Below, one piece after another: positions 1 to 8,320 of a DNA stretch of 54,762 nt. The position numbers and the translations under genes were made by a program. The DNA is from Candidatus Heimdallarchaeota archaeon. GTDB taxonomy: Archaea > Asgardarchaeota > Heimdallarchaeia > Hodarchaeales > Hodarchaeaceae. Location of the stretch: positions 1 through 54,762 of the forward strand of contig JBHLSH010000015.1 in the NCBI GenBank assembly GCA_048881705.1, read 5' to 3'. The notes beneath the pieces were generated by a model. That model had not been told where the DNA came from and did no database searches. It was given only the letters and a program-made list of their open reading frames with translations. Each line of letters opens with the position of its first letter. Position 1 is the first letter of the stretch.

Positions 1-118
1 TTCGTCTCTTTCCCTTCTTTCAATCCTTCTAGAAAATCCTCATAATACTGAGCAATGATTTTTCCACAGGTATAACAGCGGATTGGTATCATCAAGGTTT
101 GGATCACCTTCGGGAATA

Positions 119-769
119 TTAATCGCCAGTGGGGGTTGGGCGCCGTCCTCGGGGTGCCCTAAACATTTCTACTCGGAGTTCAGCATCTCTTTCGGGAGTC
201 AGTTCCCCTTTTTCTCTGAGAACTTCCTTGGTTAAAAGCCAGAAGATCATCGCTAGGGAATTGCGGCCTTTGTTATTACATGGAATGGCAAGATCAATGT
301 TTCGGGTGACATTATCAGTATCAACCAATGACACCACAGGCACGCCCACGCGCGCAGCCTCCTTAAGTGCCTGACGGTCGAAATGGGGGTCAGTAATCAG
401 GACGGTTGTGGGTTCCAGGTAATCGTATCTGCCCTTGATGCTAGGATTGGTGAAGATGCCAGGAATAAACCGACCGGTAACCGCTGTAGCCCCAATGACA
501 CGACAAAAAGTTTCAACAGGGTAAACTCCATAAGCTCGGACGCTACAAGCAACGATCCGCGAGGCTACCTGTCGCGCTAGGAATTTGGCGGCTACGCGAA
601 TCCGTTGATCGGTCTGATGAACATCGAGTACATATAAACCATCATTTCGTGTCCGATATATGGCCCAGTGCATGGATTCCATGCCACTACTCGTCCCAAT
701 ATGGACACCGGCTTTTAAATAATCTTCTAAGGGGGCGAGAAGATCTCCTTCAGACTCCAGACTTGACAT
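119..769 (-). CDS. rps2: 30S ribosomal protein uS2
   Basis: YLKAGVHIGT, YVLDV, GRFIPGIFTNP, EAARVGVPVVSLVDTDN, IPCNNKGRNS motifs. Start moved from 838 to the ATG at 769 (MSSLES). Confidence 0.96.
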   Translation of the reverse strand: MSSLESEGDLLAPLEDYLKAGVHIGTSSGMESMHWAIYRTRNDGLYVLDVHQTDQRIRVAAKFLARQVASRIVACSVRAYGVYPVETFCRVIGATAVTGRFIPGIFTNPSIKGRYDYLEPTTVLITDPHFDRQALKEAARVGVPVVSLVDTDNVTRNIDLAIPCNNKGRNSLAMIFWLLTKEVLREKGELTPERDAELRVEMFRAPRGRRPTPTGD

Positions 770-945
770 TGGACACGGATACCTCAGATTATATGTTATT
801 TCGGTATTGGTTCTAACTATCCGGCGTTCTAGCTCCAAATAATCCTTAGAACTCGTTGAGGGCTAGCTTTTGCGGGGGTTAAGAAGTTTTGCGGGAGATT
901 ACCAGAATTGAAGAAAATCATATCCGAGTTCCATTTCCTCCTTCC

Positions 946-1707
946 CTACTCATATAGGAACTGGATTGTTTTTTGTTCGGAACCATCTGCCCAAAAGGCC
1001 TTTTTCGTGAGTACCATGATTTTCATGAGCTCCCTTATGTCGCGCGGGGGGAGATTTGACCATGATTGTTTCATCTTGACGATATCAAACGCGGTGACCA
1101 TGTCATACCCGTTTTGAAAGGCATAATTGAATAAATCTTCAGCGTAGCTTTGGAGTGTTTTCCAATACACACGCAAACGATTCTTTTGGTCATCCCACCA
1201 TTTGGCTTTTCCTTTCTCAATTAAAAAATCAGAAATTAGGATCAACTGTTGAGTAGTGAGCTTTTTACGCAAGACAGGATTATGAAAAGGGTAGACCAGA
1301 CTGATCTCTTGCAGATCAATGACATGTATATTTAGAAGCCTGGCAAAATCAAAAAGGAAATCCCCCCAGGTTAACAACCATTGTTGCCTGAGTTGAGGAT
1401 CCTCAGGAACCATCCACCGCCAAGGCTTTTGTACCCAAGGCGGTAGAATAGGTTTAATTCGCGGGTCTACAGTTCCCGGACTCAACTTCAATGAGCTGGC
1501 GCGTTTAACCGAAGTTTGAGTTTGTGGGGCCTCTGTTTGAGTAGGTTGCGGAATCCGTGGTTTGGGCGTAGGAGATTTAACTTTCGGAGCGGGAGGAGAA
1601 GTTTTGGCGGCTTGGGACTGAGTAACCTGATCGAGGACATTTTCAAGCACATCAACTGAATCCCGATCCTGTTTTTTCTTAGGACGTTTGCGCTGCATCT
1701 CAGCCAT
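946..1707 (-). CDS. vps25: ESCRT-II subunit Vps25-like with Pro/Lys/Thr-rich N-terminal extension
   Basis: PPW...RQQWLLTWGDFL, PFHN...RKKL, GKAKW...LRVYWKT resemble eukaryotic Vps25 tandem winged helices; lies in the ESCRT cluster. Confidence 0.88.
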   Translation of the reverse strand: MAEMQRKRPKKKQDRDSVDVLENVLDQVTQSQAAKTSPPAPKVKSPTPKPRIPQPTQTEAPQTQTSVKRASSLKLSPGTVDPRIKPILPPWVQKPWRWMVPEDPQLRQQWLLTWGDFLFDFARLLNIHVIDLQEISLVYPFHNPVLRKKLTTQQLILISDFLIEKGKAKWWDDQKNRLRVYWKTLQSYAEDLFNYAFQNGYDMVTAFDIVKMKQSWSNLPPRDIRELMKIMVLTKKAFWADGSEQKTIQFLYE

Positions 1708-1765
1708 ACAAGGTCACGTTTGTAATAGTTGCCTCTCCTGGTAAGACTGTCATATGTATTTACAA

Positions 1766-2911
1766 CTAGCCTCCAAATTGGTCTCTCCATTCTTCAAATC
1801 GAGAAAGCTCCTTAGGGGAGACGGAGGGTTTGATGTGCTCCATACTAGATAGGAAATCGTTTGTATCGGGATTACGCGGTCTAATTTCGCGGTTTTTTAA
1901 GGCCCCGTCGGCATCCAGCTCTCGAATGGGGATCATCAAGGCTTCTCGGCATAGTAAGGCAATATCAGCAGCGGTATACCCCGCTGTATATTTTGCCATC
2001 TCCATGAAACTGAGATCAGGATCGAGTTCTACCCCACGTGTATGAATTTCAAACATCTTTTCACGAGCTGCAGTGGTAGGCAATGTCACATAAACACGCC
2101 GTTCAAAGCGCCGACGCATGGCTGCGTCAATGTCCCAGGGAGTGTTTGTGGCACCGATGGTTACTAGCAGCTCGTCTCCCGTTCCAAATCCCTCAACAGC
2201 TTGGAGAAGCTGGGTTTTGATCCGCCTCATAGCTTCATTTTCCGTCCCGCCTCCTCGTCTCCCCCCCAAGGCATCTATTTCATCAAAGAAAATGATTGAG
2301 GGAGCCTCCTCGGCCGCGCGATCATATAGTTCTTGTACCAGCTTTTCTGATTCTCCCAACCATTTCGACACCAGACTAGCCGCTGAAACTGAAAAAAAAG
2401 TAGAGTCCACTTCCGAGGCCACCGCCTTGCAAAGATAAGTTTTACCACAGCCAGGAGGTCCAAACATTAGAATCCCTCGCCAAGGACGTCTTGCACCTTT
2501 AAAAAGGTCAGGACGAGACATAGGAAGGATAATAGCCTCACGCAGAGTTCTTTTCGCCCCTTCCATCCCAGCAACATCTTCCCACTTAACATTCGGTTTT
2601 TCACGAACGATAACACTAGAAATAGCGCCAGAAATTTCATCTTCTTGCTCTCGTGGAGCACCTCGGGTTGAAGAGGAAGATTTACTCTCTGAAGGTTCTA
2701 TAATTCCACGGATTTCCTTGACACGAAAAATGTACTCCATTGCCTTGCGATAATACAATTCTTTCATATTTGGGTCATCTGTGAAATTAATAAGCTTTTG
2801 TAGTTGCTCTGCAGCGTTCACGTAATGACGAACTGCCTGATGGGATTGACCACTTTGATCCAACTGATAGGCACGAGCCGCGTTCTTTTTGGCCTGTTCA
2901 AATAGACTCAT
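1766..2911 (-). CDS. vps4: Vps4 AAA+ ATPase (MIT + AAA)
   Basis: N-terminal MIT (AARAYQLDQSG...Y..AAE.L), Walker A GPPGCGKT, pore loop SKWLGESEK, Walker B IIFFDEID, RRRFERR. Start likely ATG 2911 (MSLFEQ). Confidence 0.96.
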   Translation of the reverse strand: MSLFEQAKKNAARAYQLDQSGQSHQAVRHYVNAAEQLQKLINFTDDPNMKELYYRKAMEYIFRVKEIRGIIEPSESKSSSSTRGAPREQEDEISGAISSVIVREKPNVKWEDVAGMEGAKRTLREAIILPMSRPDLFKGARRPWRGILMFGPPGCGKTYLCKAVASEVDSTFFSVSAASLVSKWLGESEKLVQELYDRAAEEAPSIIFFDEIDALGGRRGGGTENEAMRRIKTQLLQAVEGFGTGDELLVTIGATNTPWDIDAAMRRRFERRVYVTLPTTAAREKMFEIHTRGVELDPDLSFMEMAKYTAGYTAADIALLCREALMIPIRELDADGALKNREIRPRNPDTNDFLSSMEHIKPSVSPKELSRFEEWRDQFGG

Positions 2912-2974
2912 AGTGAGGACACCAATGATTGAAACTGGAATGGGAGCCAATGAAGGAGAGGGGAAAGAGAGGAA

Positions 2975-3589
2975 TTAGCTTTTCTTGATTTTCTCTAGCT
3001 CTTTTTGAAGCTCCTGTGACCGAATATCGGGCGAGGGAAGCCCAAAATCTGCCGCTGCAGCTTTGGAAGCACTAATTTCTCCAATTATTTTGTCTACCAT
3101 TTCGTCTTCTTCGACATCAGAGGTCATAAGATCAAAACCTTCATCCATTGCCTCGGTAGCTAGATCTATACGTTCTGTTTCAATTTCCATCTGATTTAGC
3201 ACTCCCTCCAACTGCGGAATTCTTAGCTGCGCGTTCATTGAGTGTAAAGTTCTAACTAATCCCTTTAAATCTTGGCCAATCGCTTGAGTCGCTGCTGCTT
3301 GTTCCAGCTTGAATTTAATCCCTTTAACCCGGCTAGCCATTTGCTGGCAGCCCCGGGCCATGGCCCGATTTTTCGCAACGTCCTTGGCTAGGAGGCGGGC
3401 AGTAGAAACGTCGCCATCTTCAATGGAACGTTCTACTTCCTTCATCATCCGCTTTTCCTCTTTGATCAGCTTGCTACGCTGACGAAGCATTCGTTTTTCG
3501 ACCATACGGAGGCGGACAATCCATTTACGTGTTGCCTGTGCTTGATTACCTCCACCCTTAAGCCAGTTACCGAACTTGTCAAATACCAT
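2975..3589 (-). CDS. ESCRT-III subunit, Vps2/24/46 (CHMP1-3) class
   Basis: Basic N-half/acidic C-half helical Snf7 fold; ARLLAKDVAK, QLEGVLNQME; C-terminal MIM1-like ELQKELEKIK; directly upstream of vps4. Confidence 0.92.
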   Translation of the reverse strand: MVFDKFGNWLKGGGNQAQATRKWIVRLRMVEKRMLRQRSKLIKEEKRMMKEVERSIEDGDVSTARLLAKDVAKNRAMARGCQQMASRVKGIKFKLEQAAATQAIGQDLKGLVRTLHSMNAQLRIPQLEGVLNQMEIETERIDLATEAMDEGFDLMTSDVEEDEMVDKIIGEISASKAAAADFGLPSPDIRSQELQKELEKIKKS

Positions 3590-3593
3590 CGGT

Positions 3594-4265
3594 TTAGGAC
3601 CTCAATCCTTCTTCAATTTGTTTTCGCATTTCATCAAGCTTCTTTTTGTCCGCTTCGCGGCTGGTTGTGGTGCCTTCTTCGGTTTGAGCGGAAACCATAT
3701 CTGGGGAGGAGGATACAGGAGTATCGGCTGCTGGAACCCCAGAGGCAAGTTCGGCCTCGAGTTCTGCCATTTGTTGAGAGATCCGATCATCAGCCTCTAC
3801 ATCCATACCAATTTCTGTAATGGTTGTGTCCGTAAGGGCATCTTCCATGTCAGCTACCATTTCCATCGAACTCTCTAGGCCCATCATAACTTCTTCAGTT
3901 CGCTCGGGAGAGGCCGATGCTATGTTTGAATCGATCGCAGTTTGTGCGGATGCTAAAGTCTCCGTTAATGCTACGTTATCAGCAGAGATATCCAGAGTAT
4001 CTATTGTACGTTGAAGATTAGCAATTTTAGAGTGAGTCCGAGTCACCTGGGTGAGGTATAGTTCTCTCCGTTTCAAGGCCTCATGAGCCCCAGGCTTGTT
4101 TCCCGCTTTTAACAGGGTACGAGCCAGCTCATACTGCTCATCTGCTTGCCGCTGATAGTTGCGTATCTTTAATTCCATCTGATTGATAGTACGTTTGAGC
4201 TTTGCCTTGGTTTCAGTCGATGAACTCGGTTTGTTCTTCGTTAAAAACCCTCTTAGGCGTTTCAA
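3594..4265 (-). CDS. ESCRT-III subunit, Vps20/32/60 (Snf7/CHMP4-6) class
   Basis: K..A..ALKRR.LY..Q pattern (GNKPGAHEALKRRELYLTQ), acidic C-half; TTG start, N-terminal amphipathic KRLRGFL. Confidence 0.92.
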   Translation of the reverse strand: MKRLRGFLTKNKPSSSTETKAKLKRTINQMELKIRNYQRQADEQYELARTLLKAGNKPGAHEALKRRELYLTQVTRTHSKIANLQRTIDTLDISADNVALTETLASAQTAIDSNIASASPERTEEVMMGLESSMEMVADMEDALTDTTITEIGMDVEADDRISQQMAELEAELASGVPAADTPVSSSPDMVSAQTEEGTTTSREADKKKLDEMRKQIEEGLRS

Positions 4266-4497
4266 ATAAGTTTCAACCCTTTATATAACAATATGATTGT
4301 GATTCTTGCTGGATAGAGCGTTTTGAAATTGCCCCTAATCCAGACATCCTCTACGAATAATAGATTGATTATGCATAATTGTCTTTAGAATTTAAGACTT
4401 TCCTATGGGTACCTCATCAAGAGCATCTAAGAAAACGAGGAGCGGTTTCACTTCCTTAGGATGACTTGTTACGATTAAACTCCATCGAAGATAACTT

Positions 4498-5214
4498 TTA
4501 CATACCGGGAAATGATAAGATTACCCCATCTAATGTCTCGGAGCGTATTACAATTTTTTTCTGGATTAATGGTGACAAGGTTTGATCGATGCGCTCAATA
4601 CTCCATCCTGTTTCTTTGATCAAGTCTGTAAGATTTATCTCCCCATTATATCGAGCCGCTAGGTTTAGGATTGTATGATGGTCTTGGCTAAGATTTGGAT
4701 CAATGAACTCAACTACTTGCATTCCACCTAGCTCTCGAATATTATGAACCAGTCCATTAGAGACAAGAAGATCTAATGCCTGCGAAATATCAGAAATAGC
4801 AACCGTTATGCCTTGACTCTCATCATTTAGTTTTAGGATAATCTCAGTGGTACTTAGAAGTCCACCGGTCCTGTTTCGTTCATTTTTTCCGATTTCCAAA
4901 ATTCGCAATGCAAGGAAGTTCAGGTATTCATCCTTTCCCTTTAAACGTTGAATGAACGAGGGTTTTTCACCTACTTCATAAATTCCGATGGCCCGGGGAA
5001 GTCCTAGTTCCTCCCGTAGATTCATGAGTTGTTTACTCAAAGCAGGATTCTTTTTAAAATCAGTTTCATACTTCTTTTCAAGATCTTGGAGATCTCTATG
5101 TAGAGAATGAACCTGCTGGCTCATTTTCTCGAGAGATTTTAAGGCCATCTCGGCTCCTTTCCTTTTCATCTCTGTTTCGCGAAGGAGCTTTTCTTCAATT
5201 CGTCTTAGACCCAT
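4498..5214 (-). CDS. vps22: ESCRT-II subunit Vps22/36-like (EAP30 domain)
   Basis: Aligns by eye with Snf8/Vps22 (KKNP.L..Q, LALRILEI...RTGGLL, DH.TILNLA...G.I, TGWSIERIDQTL..LIQK). Start likely ATG 5214 (MGLRRI); no GLUE domain. Confidence 0.9.
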   Translation of the reverse strand: MGLRRIEEKLLRETEMKRKGAEMALKSLEKMSQQVHSLHRDLQDLEKKYETDFKKNPALSKQLMNLREELGLPRAIGIYEVGEKPSFIQRLKGKDEYLNFLALRILEIGKNERNRTGGLLSTTEIILKLNDESQGITVAISDISQALDLLVSNGLVHNIRELGGMQVVEFIDPNLSQDHHTILNLAARYNGEINLTDLIKETGWSIERIDQTLSPLIQKKIVIRSETLDGVILSFPGM

Positions 5215-5415
5215 CAAAATGCACCCGCTATAAAATTCAGTTAAATCGTGTTTTATTACTCTGATCACAGGCAATAAATACTCAAGTTGATCGACTTAAA
5301 ATGTTTTAGAAACAATAACCAACAGAGGATCATGACATGTCCGAAGTTTCTTCCTTTTTAAGGGAGGCTTAGTGGAGGAAGTCTGGATCGCTATACACAG
5401 GCCTGGTTCTCGAGA

Positions 5416-6762
5416 ATGTCATCCTCTTCTAATGAGCTTTTTTGTTCTTTTTGTGGGGTCCAGATCCAGAAGGGGAAGGGGTATAAGTGCCAAGAGTGTC
5501 AAGCAATTTTCTGTGCATTGTGTGGAGTCAAACGAGGAAACCAAGGTTTGCTTATAACGTGTAAGTGTGGTTCAGGTATTGTTAACAGGGAAGAATCCAA
5601 TTTAGATCTGAAAACTGAACTTTTAGAGCATTTATTCGCTTTGAAGAAGGCGTTAAAGCAGGTAGCATACCGACCTGTCGTCCTCTTAAAGAGATTAGGT
5701 CATTTAGAGTCACAGCTACGTCCCTTGACGACAAAATTCTTAATTCCAATAGAACAGATAGACCGCATGTTCTCTGACACCAAGGAGATTGAGGAATTTA
5801 TTCTAGAGGAATTTAAGGAGTTTTCAACCAAACTTCATCGATATTATCAAAATATCAATGAGGTAAAGGGGATCGCTAGTAGTTCTTCCGATCTTGCCCT
5901 ACAGTTAACCCTTTTTCAAAAACAGGTCCAAACGTTTGATCAAACCGTTCAAATGAGACTTCGGTCAATAGAGGACCTCCTAGATGACTTATTTTCCGAA
6001 TACACCGCTATTCATGAGATGGAAACGGAATTACGCCAATTTTCAGATGTTACTGGATTTGGACCAGGAGAGCTAGGGATCAGTCTGTTCCCAAAGGTTG
6101 AACTAAACGGTGAAAGTGTTCGTAAGACAAGCGTAAATATGCTGATCACTACCAACCGTATTCTATTCCTGCAAAAGAAAAGGAAAAACGTATTAGGCTG
6201 TGAATTTGTCCTATATGACGAATTTGGCACTGGTGATCTTGTCGATGTAAAAATTGTTGAGGAAGGCTTTCTTAAACGTCGCAAATTAATAATCCAAGCT
6301 ATGAAACGGGAGTATGGGCTATACTCGGATAACGGTACACTAGATCAAATTGTAAAAAGTCTCCAGATAGGTTATTACGGAGAACCTAACAATAATTATA
6401 CGCATAAACCGCTCCGAGATTGGTCTTCTGAGGTGTATCAGGAGGAAATTCTTTCAGCCTTAAACTTCTCAATGAATCCAAAGGAAGATCATGCAATGCT
6501 TGATTCTACTTCCCCATTATTTCCTGAAAGAACACCCAATTACGTTTCAGAAGTGGTAGATGAGCACCTTCGTGATCTTCGTGTCCAAAAAATGGCAACG
6601 ATAAAAGCCTTGGAAGAACTCAAGACTGGAGGTCGTAAAGTAACCAATCGAGATTATTTTGATCTAGTAAAGCAATTTGAACTTGACTTAGCCAAAATCA
6701 ATGAAAAGATAACAGATCTATTGGTGCGATCCGGAAGAACAAACTTATATGATTATTTCTAA
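5416..6762 (+). CDS. Multidomain ESCRT-associated protein: 8-Cys FYVE-like Zn finger, coiled coil, PH/GRAM/GLUE-like domain, C-terminal steadiness-box-like hairpin
   Basis: C10-x2-C13-x11-C25-x2-C28-x4-C33-x2-C36-x12-C49-x-C51; MLITTNRILF...DLVDVKIVEEGFLKRRKLII; ATIKALEELKTGG..V...DYFDLVKQ. CDS certain; domain calls by eye. Confidence 0.6.
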   Translation: MSSSSNELFCSFCGVQIQKGKGYKCQECQAIFCALCGVKRGNQGLLITCKCGSGIVNREESNLDLKTELLEHLFALKKALKQVAYRPVVLLKRLGHLESQLRPLTTKFLIPIEQIDRMFSDTKEIEEFILEEFKEFSTKLHRYYQNINEVKGIASSSSDLALQLTLFQKQVQTFDQTVQMRLRSIEDLLDDLFSEYTAIHEMETELRQFSDVTGFGPGELGISLFPKVELNGESVRKTSVNMLITTNRILFLQKKRKNVLGCEFVLYDEFGTGDLVDVKIVEEGFLKRRKLIIQAMKREYGLYSDNGTLDQIVKSLQIGYYGEPNNNYTHKPLRDWSSEVYQEEILSALNFSMNPKEDHAMLDSTSPLFPERTPNYVSEVVDEHLRDLRVQKMATIKALEELKTGGRKVTNRDYFDLVKQFELDLAKINEKITDLLVRSGRTNLYDYF

Positions 6763-6785
6763 TCTAGGAATCGCTCTTTTAAGGA

Positions 6786-7409
6786 TTAAAGATTCCTAAG
6801 TTCGCGACGAAAATCCGAGAGCCAACGTGCCACTTGAAGCTCTAATTTTTCGAGTTCATCTTTTTTCAATAGAACTCCGGCTTTTTGATTGTCCATCCAT
6901 GCAATCCATTCTGTAATATCCTTGCTTACCCAATGATCTTCGCCATAGATGGCGGAACTCAATAAAATGGCATGTAATTCATCCAAATATGGAAGAATGC
7001 GATCTACGGTAGCAATAGCCTCCAATCTAAGCAAATCCAGCAGCTCAATTGCGTGTGCCACAAATTCGGCCACTTGTGACGGGAGTTGCGTTATGCGTTG
7101 GTAATCAATGCGGTTTTGAACCATATCATCCGTACCTTCGGTTCTACGAAGTTTTTCTAATCCGAAAGGATATAACTGGTCAACCTGCTCTTCCTTAATG
7201 AAAGCGTCCAGGTCAAAGTGATATGGTTCAAGAGAAGCCCTAACCTCCACAATTGTCGTTAACAAACTTTTATACTGTTTGTGAAAAATATTTGGCTCTA
7301 TTTCTCCTCGTTCGTAAGTTCGGGATAAGAGGTCAAGGGTACTTATACAGGCAAATAGCCGCCCCTCCAAATCCCACCTTTGAGATAGAGTGGATGGAAA
7401 TGTTATCAC
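6786..7409 (-). CDS. vps28: ESCRT-I subunit Vps28
   Basis: LFACISTLDLLSRTYERGEI, VAEFVAHAIELLDLLRL, ILPYLDEL, W...M....L match Vps28 N- and C-terminal domains. Confidence 0.9.
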   Translation of the reverse strand: MITFPSTLSQRWDLEGRLFACISTLDLLSRTYERGEIEPNIFHKQYKSLLTTIVEVRASLEPYHFDLDAFIKEEQVDQLYPFGLEKLRRTEGTDDMVQNRIDYQRITQLPSQVAEFVAHAIELLDLLRLEAIATVDRILPYLDELHAILLSSAIYGEDHWVSKDITEWIAWMDNQKAGVLLKKDELEKLELQVARWLSDFRRELRNL

Positions 7410-7415
7410 TTTTGA

Positions 7416-8159
7416 TCAGCTCAGATACTCTAGTTGTTTTCTAACGACATAGAGTTCCTTCATGTATTGACGAAACAGTCGTGAATACTCAAAAATGGAA
7501 ATATCTCCGCGAGAATAGCGGTCTTCTAAAGAGGACAGTAATTCCGAGATTGCGAGACGTTCTGACTCTAGGCTTTCTCTTTCAGAGAGAGATGTGGATC
7601 TAGAGAACTCTGGAGAACTAGCTTGAACAGTTTGTTGGGCTCTCAATCGAGAAAGCTCTTCTTCTTTTTCCTGAAGTTGATCCGACAAGCTATTCAGTTC
7701 TGTTCGAAGAACCCGAGTCTCTACAGACTCTTGCTGCGCGGGGGTGGCGGGAGTTATCGGGGCTAATCTAGCCATTGTTTCTCTTACAGTTTTAGCATCT
7801 TTAGCTGCTTCACCCTTAGGTCTGGGAGGAACTCGCGACATGAGATTTTTGAGTGCGATTATTACCTGGTATAGGTGAAATTCGGCTCGCCAGTTATCCA
7901 AGATGCGTAGCTGAACAAAACCATCTTCATCCACATTGGGATGATCCATAAATCCTGGTGCAGTAACCACGGGAGGAACATTCGGGTAATATTCTGGCAG
8001 AAAAATTTCAAACACGAAGCGCGCCCGCCCTTGACTTGTTGTGTATGTCAAGGTGCCTTGCCACCTGTCTAAAGTATCGCCTACAGGATCAAAACCGGCT
8101 GCAGCAGAATTAGAATATACAAGCTGGGCTTCCCTTGCTAGAATAAAGTCACGATCCAT
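7416..8159 (-). CDS. vps23: ESCRT-I UEV-Vps23/TSG101-like protein
   Basis: UBC fold (FEIFLPEYYPNVPP, HPNVDEDGFVQL with catalytic Cys replaced by Gln), Pro-rich linker, coiled coil, steadiness box LEDRYSRGDISIFEYSRLFRQY. Confidence 0.9.
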   Translation of the reverse strand: MDRDFILAREAQLVYSNSAAAGFDPVGDTLDRWQGTLTYTTSQGRARFVFEIFLPEYYPNVPPVVTAPGFMDHPNVDEDGFVQLRILDNWRAEFHLYQVIIALKNLMSRVPPRPKGEAAKDAKTVRETMARLAPITPATPAQQESVETRVLRTELNSLSDQLQEKEEELSRLRAQQTVQASSPEFSRSTSLSERESLESERLAISELLSSLEDRYSRGDISIFEYSRLFRQYMKELYVVRKQLEYLS

Positions 8160-8232
8160 ATTAAATACACCGAACGGCTGCTGAATCTAACTATATGCCT
8201 CTAATTCCCGATTTAAAAATCCATCAGAATCG

Positions 8233-8249
8233 GAAAGACTCGGCCTTTC
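8233..8249. promoter_or_regulatory. Candidate palindromic operator GAAAG-N7-CTTTC upstream of vps23-vps28
   Basis: gaaag actcggc ctttc(ta); same arms and spacing as at 11926-11942 upstream of ubiquitin. Confidence 0.35.
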
Positions 8250-8320
8250 TAAGTTAAAGAATTGGCTGATCATGGCCCTATCAATGAGGAATAATGTTTT
8301 CACGACCATTGAGGTTTTAT

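Noticed and set aside
899-945. Strong GGAGG followed by ATG (MELGYDFLQFW) just after the vps25 stop on the minus strand
   Set aside because: SD spacing is too short and the ORF is only 11 codons; no support for function.
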